From NCBI RefSeq assembly GCF_006345805.1, contig NW_021833251.1, positions 15,240 through 79,239 of the forward strand: DNA of 64,000 nt, given 5' to 3'. Source of the DNA: Octopus sinensis (taxonomy: Eukaryota). The notes under the pieces are model-generated. The model was not told the origin of the DNA and searched no databases. It saw only the letters and a program-made list of their open reading frames with translations. Both the position numbers and the translations under genes were made by a program. Below, piece by piece: positions 53,436 through 64,000 of the stretch. Positions within the stretch are counted from its first letter, which is position 1, and every line of letters begins with the position of its first letter.

Positions 53436-53850
53436 CAAATAAGGCCCCAACTCTTGTTACTTAATTCGTTACATATAATAAATTAAAACGAAATATTTCG
53501 AATGAAATGGGGTGCAATTATTATATTTATACTCTCTTAAGTGTTCCCCATGAAAATGAAGGATTTATATTAAAATTTGATTTCGTGGTATCTTGGGTGG
53601 ATCGTAATTCTAATAATACTTACACGCTCTGGTTATATGTCACTTGTTTTATTCTTATTACTTGCCAATTAGTTAGCATTTAATCAATAACAATCAATTG
53701 TTTGATTAAATTTTCCTTTGACCAATCCACCAGTTAGATTTGACAAAATCCTTGCATCGCCATTTGTGACCTTATTAATAGTTATAGCATGCTCCCTGTT
53801 CTCAGTGACTGCCTCTTGTTAATTCGTTAAATCTCCACTCATTGCTTCAG

Positions 53851-53915
53851 TGTGTTTGAATAGGTGCGAAAGAATCAATAGATTATGCCAGAAGTTGTTT
53901 GGAGTCGCTGAAAAT
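53851..53915 (+). CDS. Weak candidate exon
   Basis: ctcattgcttcag| ... AAT|gtaagt gives CLNRCERINRLCQKLFGVAEN. An alternative acceptor at 53863 gives GAKESIDYARSCLESLK. Neither peptide is recognised. Confidence 0.2.
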
Positions 53916-54787
53916 GTAAGTCATTATATCTGCCGCATAAGAGAGGACAAGTGGTACAGCAAATTAAGCACTAAGAATGGTAGAAACATCTGGCCCAGAG
54001 TTTCAAAATCTAATGCAACCAATTTCGGGTTGTTCTATGGCAGTTTTGCTGTTTATTTCGGGTGACTGTGGTGTTGCATTGGAAGGGGCCAGAACCTCTA
54101 CGAATCTACTTCACCGCTTGATGAGACGTCGAGTCATGCATTCATAGTCTCAGTACAGAATTTAGCGCCATCATCTCCCAAGTGTTCACACTAAAGTAAT
54201 TATAATTAAAGTAAAACAGCAGCAGTGTACGTATTAATTATTGATATCAAATAACAAAATCTGTATCTGCGCACGAGTTCACATGAAGAGTCGTGCAAAC
54301 TAGAAACTAAAACTAGAAACGCTGGTATCGTCTTTTGCCTCGCTTAGACCTATACAACAAACACCGCTCTTAAATATATGTATAGATTTACATAAAAATG
54401 CGCACACACATACACAAACGTATTAATGCTTGACTTTTACGTGAAGATATAAGAACTTTAAATTAAAGGATTACTCAACAATTTGTTAACTTCTGCAAGG
54501 AAAAAGCCGCTCGCTGATGACGGCGATGAAACAGTAAGGCCGAAACTGCTATCTATATTTTTCTAGTACATTTAGTATGCATATACATATCAATGTGCAT
54601 ACATGTGTATGTGTGTGTATGAGTGCGTGTATGTGTGCATGTGTGTGTATATATGTATATATGTGTATGTAAACATACACACACGTATAAGATATAGTAA
54701 ATATTGTCATTATTGCTGCAGTTTATAACATTCTTTAACAGCTACATGTTTTTGTACACTTGAGAACATCTATAATTTGCATATCTC

Positions 54788-54853
<66 letters not shown>

Positions 54854-55517
54854 TTATGTTATATGTGTATATATATTACACCTATGTGATAATCCTCTAT
54901 ATTATTTACTTAGTCTATTGTACTTAAGATATCATTATGTCACTTATACACAATATAAATTTATCAGATTTATTACTAATTACTCATCAATTATCCTTAC
55001 TTATGTGTTATCTAATAAATCAGTGATGTTTATATTAGAGTGCTCGTGCTTTAATTAAATTTCATAATTTACACAAACATACACACACATACACACACAT
55101 TTATGTATTTATATATATACTTCCCTGTTATCGACTGCCAGTATTTAATTACTGAAGGATTGGTGAATATGAATAAACTCTTACACTTGTGAGACGATTT
55201 AAATTGCTCATCAGCGTATTTGTTTAATGCCAATCACTACTCTACGGAAAATGAAAGTGCCAGAACAATTATTACGGAAAATGGCTCGGATTTGACGAGC
55301 AAAAATGAGTAGAAATTAAATGTTTTGGACAAAAAATTATTTCACTGTATAATACAATAATCCAATATCATCTACTTTTCCTTTTCCTTGAGCCTATTTT
55401 CCTATTCATCGTTTCGGGGACGATAAAATGGAGTACTTGTTTATGTACTGCGGTCGATTACATCAACCATTCCTTTACCCGAGATTTTATTGGTTTAGTA
55501 GGTAAACTGGAATAGTG

Positions 55518-55715
55518 GAGGCGTGTGGCTTAGTGGTTTCGATTCCTGGACTTGGTGATGCGTTGTGATTTAGAATCACGTTGCTCCAGTCCACTCAGCA
55601 GGCAAAAATATGTAATCCTGCGACGGACCGGCGTCCCGTCCAGGAGGGGAATACATACGCCATTGAAACCAGGAAACTGACCCTCATGAGCCTGGCATGG
55701 ATCGAGAAAGAAATA
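55518..55715 (+). mobile_element. SINE family D
   Basis: ggaggcgtgtggcttagtgg/ttcgattcc (collapsed tRNA head) and tail cctgcgacggaccggcgtcccgtccagg...gaaaccaggaaactg. Confidence 0.7.
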
Positions 55716-55869
55716 TTGTTATTAACTAAATCAGAAGCAATAATTAATTACTATTGTGGTTTAACTACGAACAAGTTCTGACTGAGCAGCGTCAGCTGAG
55801 AAGGATTCCAGCTGTGGCATGCTGTCTGATTATTTTCAGACAGGATATATCAAGCTATACATTGTCATA

Positions 55870-55975
55870 TTTCTCTTGCTCCAGGGGCCATAAGGCCGGT
55901 TACCCGGTACCCAAAGCGTAAAATTGACCGAAATCACATTACCCCTGAACGGGACGCCGGCCCGTTACTGGGGTT
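55870..55975 (-). mobile_element. SINE family D tail
   Basis: ggccataaggccggttacccgg...cccctgaacgggacgccggcccgtt is the reverse complement of the 55615-55690 motif. Confidence 0.6.
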
Positions 55976-55994
55976 AAGGTCAGCAATCCTTAGG

Positions 55995-56165
55995 GAAGAG
56001 GGCAAGTCGATTACATCGATTCCAATGCTTGACTGACACCTTATTTTATCGAGCCCGAAGGGATGAAAAGTAAAGCTCATTTCTGCGGGATTTGAACTCA
56101 GAACACAAACAGCCGGAAGAAAGGACGCTAAGCATTTTGTCTGAGGTGCTTACGATTCTGGTACC
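55995..56165 (-). mobile_element. SINE family B
   Basis: gtcgattacatcgattcc...gaagggatgaaaagtaaagc...ggatttgaactcagaac...gctaagcattttgtc. Confidence 0.75.
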
Positions 56166-58011
56166 ACGTCACCGTTATCCAATATATTCATATTATTTAA
56201 GGCGGTATCGTCTAATGCAACGAAGATTTGTGTGGTATTCTTTGTGGAAAACTGTAAAGGGGCTTCCCATTCGCTTCTATTGTTTGCGTCGTTTAACCCT
56301 AGGTCAACTCCGATGGAGTAGAATTACGGTTATTGTTATTCCAGGCATGTGTAGAGAAGACAGAGCCGATTACCCAATATATTCTTTTCCTCAGACGACT
56401 TGAATGTGGTTTCGCTACTATTTCTAGTATGTAGAACCTCCCAGGGAAGCGGCTTGAAGGTATTGAAAAGTAGTAGCAATACTGAATTCAGGGACTTTGC
56501 GTTATCACTTCAAAAGTCCGATAAACCTCATCCTGCAACCCCTATAACACTGAATGGAATAGCCATCTATACACAGCTCTGTCAAAATAAAAGAATAGAT
56601 AAGAAACACGCCCGAAAAAATACTCATTGTACAATCAACTCGATCCAGTCTGACCTGGGGCTAAACAACAATGAAATTTACAGCGACCAACCGAAGACAC
56701 ATAAAATAAAATTAAAGATCATAAATATAATATAATAACTTAATACAATTTGTTTATATATTATCTATGGTTATAAAAATGATATTATAAGATATCTCTA
56801 TGCAACAATTATATCAAATATACAGATAATGTATTTATTTGGAAATATTATTTGATAATAACCCAGCTTTGATAATATTTCAGTTCACATAAAGTTCATA
56901 TTATCAGGGACCTATTAATATTATTATGTATCATCACAATAAAAAATGTATAACTAATAATTTTGATTTCTCGCGATCATATTCGAAACGCACCTACTTA
57001 TAAATTTCATAATATCTCTCTTTGAAACTTCCATCACTCTTTTCGCTCTTCCTCATCCAACAACACCCTGTCTGTCTGTCTATCCGTATCACTCTCTTTC
57101 TCTCTTTCTGTCTATCTTTCTCCTATTCTCTCTCATTAATTCTCTCACTCTCTCTCCATACATTTCTCTGTGTGTGGTGTAGCTATGTCTGTAAATGGAT
57201 ACGCACATACACGTATACATATACATATATATAAACACATATATGCATATATGCAAACATACATACATGTGTATATTTTTATCATCTAATGGTTTCATTA
57301 ACTTCAGTAGGACACCGCTTTCAAAGGTTTCCAATACAAATTTTGTTACTTTGTACTTTTTTAATGAATATTTTTTCTGTTTAACCCCAAACTTACGGGT
57401 CATAATAATGCATTATCATAACCTATATTAAATTTTAGACCCATAACATAAACATCAGTAATATAGATGTCATTTGGTCACCCTATACGGTAACCGAATT
57501 GACCACACTGTTTGTGAACGTAACATAGCTCCGTTTATTGTAAACAGACTTATATAAAATGGCCTCCATTAGTGATACGAACATAACTACACACACTTCA
57601 CTACGCCAGTAAAAATATGAATATACAAATACAGTGACTGTTTCAGGATCAATGCACACACAAATACACACACACACGCACACACACACACACGTATAAT
57701 CAGAGATGTGCATAAATACACAGATATACATTAAGTAGCCACAAGTGTGTTTGTGAGTGCATATCTAGGTATTTTACGCATATGTGTATGTGTGAGTGTG
57801 TACGTTTGTATATGAATATGTACGTATATGCATACATACACACAAACATATATGTGCATATACATACTTATCTAAAAAGAGAGAGAGAGAGAGAGGGAGG
57901 GAGAGAGAGAGAAAGAGATATAGATAGATAGACAGATAGACAGATAGGTAGGTAGATTGGTAGATATAGTCACAGATGTATGTGTGTATATATATTTACA
58001 TATATATGTAT

Positions 58012-58423
58012 CGCAGGAGTGGCTGTGTGGTAAGTAAGTTGTTTACCAATCACATGGTTCCGGGTTCAGTCCCACTGCGCGGCACCTTGGGCAAGTGTAT
58101 TCTACTATAGCCACAGGCCGATCAAAACCTTGTGAGTGGATTTGGTAGACGGAAACTGAAAAAAGCTCGTCGTATATATGTATATATATATATATATGCG
58201 TGTGTGTGTTGTGTGTCTGTGTTTGTCCCCCTAGCATTGCTTGACAACCGATGCTGGTGTGTTTATGTCCCCGTTACTTAGCGGTTCGGCAAAAGAGACC
58301 GATAGAATAAACTACTGGGCTTACAAAAAGAATAAGTCCCGGGGTCGAGTTGCTCGATTAAAGGCGGTGCTCCAGCATGGCCGCAGTCAAATGACTGAAA
58401 CAAGTAAAAGAGTAAAAGAGTAA
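58012..58423 (+). mobile_element. SINE family A, full length (reference-like copy)
   Basis: tRNA-like head (gcaggagtggctgtgtggtaag...gggttcagtcccactgcg), core (ggcaccttgggcaagtg), microsatellite spacer, and tail ending (agtaaaag)n. Confidence 0.93.
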
Positions 58424-58445
58424 ATATATATATACATATACATAT

Positions 58446-58479
<34 letters not shown>

Positions 58480-58535
58480 ATTATATTATATATATATATA
58501 ATATATATTATATATATATATATATTATATATCTA

Positions 58536-58572
<37 letters not shown>

Positions 58573-58962
58573 TGTGATATATGTGATATATGAAATATAT
58601 GGCAAATGTAGTGATAAATCTATATATATATCATATGACTGTAAGAAATTCAAATGACAATGGAATAAACGATTTTCTCAAGAACTTTCTTTATTTTACA
58701 GCTGTTTCTGGTGTAAAATGTAGTGCTTCATAGAGAAATATTTATTTTAGATCAGTTATATAATGCATAATTTCTATAAATACGCACATAATCTACGCTT
58801 TGGCGTGAAAATTATTGTACATGTCGGAAAAAAGAACACTCCTCACAAAAAGAAAGCAGAATAACTAACTATAACACGATAGGAGTGTCTGCTCTCTGCC
58901 CTACACAGAATAATAGTATTTTCTAGCCTCTGTGTTCGTATGTGGGTGGATATATGTACATG

Positions 58963-59001
<39 letters not shown>

Positions 59002-59002
59002 C

Positions 59003-59053
<51 letters not shown>

Positions 59054-59056
59054 AGT

Positions 59057-59213
59057 CAGAGGAGTACCTGTGTGGTAAGACGCTTGCTTCCCAACCACAT
59101 GGTTCTCGGTTCAGCCCTACTGCGTGGCACTTTGGCCAAGTGTCTTTTACTATAGCCTTGGGCGGACCGACACCTAGTGAGTGGATTTGGTAAGCGGAAA
59201 CTGAAAGCCCGTC

Positions 59214-59262
<49 letters not shown>

Positions 59263-59450
59263 ATTATTTGTGTGACTATGTTTGTACCCCCAGCATCGCT
59301 TGAGAACCGATGTTGGTGTGTTTACATCCCCGTAACTTAGCGATTCAACAAAGGAAACCGATAGAATAAGTATTAGTCGATTTGTTCGACTAAAAGCGGT
59401 GCTCCAGCATAGCCGCAGTGAAAGCCTTGAAAAAGTAAAAGAATAAAAAA
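59057..59450 (+). mobile_element. SINE family A, full length, diverged
   Basis: Same modules as 58012-58423. Confidence 0.88.
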
Positions 59451-59619
59451 TATATATATATATATATGCACACACACACAAACACACGAACACACACACC
59501 CATATATATATAGCCATGATATTTGCATATATTTATGCTACATAGGCATGTATTTAGCATATTACAGATATATACATGTATATACATATATATATATATA
59601 CATATATATATATGTGTGT

Positions 59620-59671
<52 letters not shown>

Positions 59672-60389
59672 TGTCTGTATTTATTTATATACACGAGTTT
59701 GCTCTACATGTTTTATTGTGTAGACAATATATTATGCACATGAATGAGTAACGCATTTAAACACTCTATTTATTTGGGCGTCATTTGAAATCGGCCTTGT
59801 CTAATCAGTTGAATCCGTGATATGCATCTGCGTTGATTGATCGTAACTACAATACATGTAGAAAAGTAGCAATGATATATTCAAATACACTATTCAGTCA
59901 GCTAAGTTACTATTGTTCAGAGACACGATGTTTAAAATTTAAAAGGATTAATGGAGGCTATGATTTAAACTGTCAGCAGAGATCGGTAAATTTCGTGGCT
60001 ACAGTTTGAAGTAGATGAAGTTGAAACAAGCTGCAGTTGCGAATAACAATTTCGAGGATTATCAGTGGTATAATATTCTTCCTCTTTGATTCCAGACGGA
60101 TATACTTACGGAATAATACGGATTTGAGGCATGAATGCCTGGCCCAAATTGGTAGTGGCAAAATACACGCATGTGTAGCATAAGTATATGCAAATATCAT
60201 ATTAATATATATGCATGGAATGTGCATGCCTATGTAAATATGTATATATATATATATGTGTGTGTATATATAGCCCAATAGAATGGGAGAAAGTGCTAAT
60301 GATCTAAATGATATGATATATAAACAATGTAATATATAAATAAATATCTGTAAATATAAACCATCCGATCTTCTGATTACCTCATTTCT

Positions 60390-60426
<37 letters not shown>

Positions 60427-60444
60427 TGTATGTATGCATGTATG

Positions 60445-60770
60445 TTCTATGTTTGGAATGACCAATTTCAATTTCTATAGGGTTTTACTCATAACGTATT
60501 GGAATATCATATGCTACCATTCTGCCTAAAACATAGATCTACAAATGCAATATCCCTACATATCTCACATCTATCTTCTTTTATTTCCTTCACCTCACTG
60601 TCTATTCTATATCTTATCTAACGTAAGTATTTCTTAACCATCCTTTCACACCGTCTCCGATGAAGGGATATAAAAAAATTACCGGAAACAGCTGTAAGAC
60701 CTTCTATCTATGCATGTTCTAAAATCTACATAGCCTTGTTTTTTTTTATCTCATTGCGAAATAATATATT
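60445..60770 (+). mobile_element. PLE-type tail with CCGAUGA hammerhead variant, copy 2
   Basis: gtct-CCGATGA(60657-60663)-aggga..accg-GAAA(60685-60688)-CAGCTGT-A-agac. Confidence 0.8.
60653..60700 (+). ncRNA. Type-I hammerhead motif, U4C variant
   Basis: Stem I gtct/agac; perfect palindromic stem III ACAGCTGT; GUA triplet. Confidence 0.6.
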
Positions 60771-61207
60771 TATATATATATGGGTATATATATATTATTA
60801 TATATATATATATATTATAATATACATATATATATATATATATATATTATATATTATTATATATATATATATGTATATATATTATATATATATACATACA
60901 TACATACCATACATACATATACATATGTAGGTTTTGTTTTGAATCACATATTGCTAATTTCGTGATGATCTTTTTTTCTTTTTGCCAAATAAACACACGC
61001 ACTATATACTTGTTCTTTACTTCGGCTTTATTTCTGTTATTATTCTGTGTGCGTCGTCTGAAATCCTTCAGAACACATCCTGTGACCTCTCTAGCAACTC
61101 TCCATCCCGCATTTCACATTTCTCCTCCTGTTTAAGAACAATAATAAAGCTGAAGTCAAAACGAATATACAGTGCGAGTGGTTATTTAGCAAAAAAATAG
61201 AATATTC

Positions 61208-61225
61208 ATTCCGAAATATAATAAT

Positions 61226-61291
<66 letters not shown>

Positions 61292-61339
61292 CACATATTA
61301 ATAATAATAATAATAATAATGATGATGATGATGATGATG

Positions 61340-61411
<72 letters not shown>

Positions 61412-61424
61412 GTAATAATAATAA
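61208..61424. repeat. (AAT)n/(GAT)n array (further arrays at about 61813-61915 and 62408-62470)
   Basis: Direct reading. Confidence 0.95.
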
Positions 61425-61811
61425 CTGAGCAAATATAAAGATCTTGAAATAGAAATCAGCAAAATGTGGAACCTGAAGACTAAAACAATACCTGTTGTCA
61501 TAGGTGCCCTGGGAATGATAGCAAAAGGGGCTGATCGCTACCTAACTCAGATTCCAGGAAACCCCCAAATGGCAGAAATTCAAAAGATAATGCTCATGGG
61601 ATCTGCTCATATCCTACGCAAAATACTTTCTACGTAATCTCAAGTTTCAAAACATAATTTTCGTTTATTTTTTTTTTAGGCATTCACTAGTACAACACTA
61701 AATACAAAACAAAATATATGGCACACTAACAACAATACGGACTTGTCTCTTGAGGTCTCTGGGTGAGACTTGGAGCCAACTTGTACAAATATAAAGCAAA
61801 AGTCAAACATA

Positions 61812-61812
<1 letters not shown>
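61425..61812 (+). mobile_element. 5'-truncated R4/Dong-like non-LTR retrotransposon inserted in (TAA)n
   Basis: Stop-free 61425-61637 encodes LSKYKDLEIEISKMWNLKTKTIPVVIGALGMIAKGADRYLTQIPGNPQMAEIQKIMLMGSAHILRKILST*, the C-terminus of a restriction-like endonuclease (KY.DL..E...W....PVVIGALG...QK...G.A.ILRK). It is flanked by (TAA)n on both sides. Confidence 0.9.
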
Positions 61813-61853
<41 letters not shown>

Positions 61854-61857
61854 TATA

Positions 61858-61889
<32 letters not shown>

Positions 61890-61915
61890 TAATAGTAATA
61901 ATAATAATAATAATA

Positions 61916-62407
61916 TACATTGTTTTGTCTTGGTATAAAAGATGGGCTACAGCAAATATTCTGCTCACTACCACAGATTTGCTTGTCAGTTGTTTGACCT
62001 TAACCAGTTGAGCATGTCCCTTAGTGGCTGACGATATGTGCATCTCTGATCACGAGCAGAAGTTAGTTGGGTGGGGGAGCATCATAGCCATGTGTTGAGA
62101 GGATTCTTTGAGGTTTGAATAATTCACCTCTGGACACATGGGTGTTTCGTTCAACGTCCTTAAACCAACCCTATTCAGGGACCATTTGAGCAGGATGGGT
62201 TACTCGATCTGAGAAGAAAATTCTAACTGGGCTCCACCTGCAAGGTCATGTGTTGTTTATCTTGATATGAGATCACCATATCGCGCACATATGGTTGTGA
62301 TGCATGTGCCTGGTGTACCCTTATCAGACGGGTATTCATGAGGGTATACTGGGCTTCGTATATTTTACCCCAGTGTCACTTTGATGGCATGCTCTGCTCG
62401 CTCACTC
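61916..62407 (+). mobile_element. Unclassified 490-bp element between (TAA)n arrays
   Basis: Complex non-coding sequence with sharp boundaries into AAT repeats, ending gctcgctcactc(aat)n. The orientation is inferred from that tail. Confidence 0.55.
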
Positions 62408-62448
<41 letters not shown>

Positions 62449-62467
62449 CATTAATAATAATAATACT

Positions 62468-62538
<71 letters not shown>

Positions 62539-62682
62539 AGGTTATGAGAGGTAATGAAGTCAGTAAGCCCCAAAGGTATTAGGTAATGCTGAGAAAGTGC
62601 TATGGATAGTCCATACTTAAGCTCCAGCTTCGGTGATAATGCGAATAAGGTGTCCAACGTAAGTCATATATCAGCGAGTGTA

Positions 62683-63010
62683 TATATAATTTTTTTCCAG
62701 AATGAGATAAAAAAAACCAAGGCTGTGAAGATTTTAGAACATTTATAAATAGAAGGTCTTACAGCTGTTTCCAGGATATTTGTTATATCCCTTCATCGGA
62801 GACGGTGTGAGGAAATAGTGAAGCAATTGTTAATTTAGATAGGATTCGAAATAGAGAGTGAAGTGGAGGAATGAAAATAGACGTGAGATATGCAGGAATA
62901 TTGCATTTGTAGATTCAATATTTAGGCACAATGGTGTATATATAAGATTCTAATACCTTGTGAGTAAAATCCAATAGTATTTAAAATTGGTAATTCTAAG
63001 TATAGAGTTT
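62683..63010 (-). mobile_element. PLE-type tail with CCGAUGA hammerhead variant, copy 3 (may extend to about 63390)
   Basis: Reverse complement homolog of 60445-60770. ACAGCTGT at 62761-62768; tcatcgg at 62793-62799; stem II gggata/tatcct. Confidence 0.8.
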
Positions 63011-63685
63011 GTACACAGTGCTATTGAATCAAGGGTTTTATTTAAAGTGACCTAAAGGTAGGGAATGTATTTGTAAGGTCAAATCAAAAACAGGGAGAGA
63101 GGTAAAAAGAAAAAGAAAGAAAAAAGAAAAACAAGTAGAGTAATAATAAGGGAAAGTGTACCAGTAAATGGTCAGTCAAGATAAGTTGAAGTAGGAATGG
63201 TGAGATGAGGGTGATAGAGAGAGAAAGGTATTAGAATGTAAAAGATAGAGAGAGGTATAAAAAGCAAAGGAGTGTCAGTTATGTAGTGATAGAGTTTAAG
63301 TGATGGGGCAGAGAGCGGGGTAGACGTATGGAAAGAAGAATTTAGGAATATAGATTAGGTTGTTGGATGGGTCAATGCCTAGTAGTAGAAGAAAATATAA
63401 ATGTGAAGATGTATACATATGTATATATTAGACGTTATATATATTTATACAGATGTTTATACATATCAATATCTTCATATGCAACTCATACTTACCCCGC
63501 TCTATATATATGTATATATATTTATTTATTTATATTTAATTAATTTCATTTCTATGTATTAGTTTACGTTTTCACTGTTTGATTTGCTTAAAAGCGGTTT
63601 TATCTCTAATTTAATATTTATATGTATATGTATATATACATATATATGTATATATAAGATATATTATTTTATATTAATATGTATA

Positions 63686-63723
<38 letters not shown>

Positions 63724-64000
63724 ATATAATTTATGGTATGTATGTATGTGTGGTGTGTGTGTGTGTGTGTTATAGATAGATATCTTCCTTTATTAGCTAC
63801 GTAGGGCCGAACACTTTGTAGAACTTTTCGAAAGAAAGAAGAAAAAAAGCGATCAAAGGGGATCGAAAGCGTTTAGGACATGTAAACAGCAAAATAAGGC
63901 TGGTAAATAGATGACGTTTATCTGTGGAAAGAAAAGCCAGCGGCAAAGGCCACGGTAACCTCAGGTAGGGAAAGAAACACATGAGAGCCAAGCTCTCTCT

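Noticed and set aside
54505-54555. CTGATGA...GAAA hammerhead-like string
   Set aside because: No consistent combination of stem I, stem III and NUH triplet could be built.

Overview
Repeat-dominated, very AT-rich eukaryotic DNA, intronic or intergenic, and most likely from an octopus or other coleoid cephalopod. That assignment is inferred from extreme (TA)n/(CA)n/(TAA)n/(GAT)n microsatellite density and tRNA-derived SINE families I recognise as octopus-like. I found no intact protein-coding gene. Nearly all ORFs in the supplied track are microsatellite artefacts; the only recognisable peptides are transposon relics. These are mariner transposases (four loci), a Penelope-like (PLE) GIY-YIG endonuclease, an R4/Dong-type restriction-like endonuclease inserted in (TAA)n, and two CR1-type LINE 3' ends. 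The window also holds a tandem non-autonomous Helitron dimer, a hAT-type MITE and dozens of SINE copies. The most striking signal is eight minimal type-I hammerhead-ribozyme (HHR) motifs from five unrelated repeat families, plus one degenerate relic. One lies in the tail of a tRNA-headed SINE, and two form a head-to-head inverted pair. Most have the palindromic stem III typical of dimer-dependent PLE hammerheads. All coordinates and folds were read by eye; no database search or folding was run.
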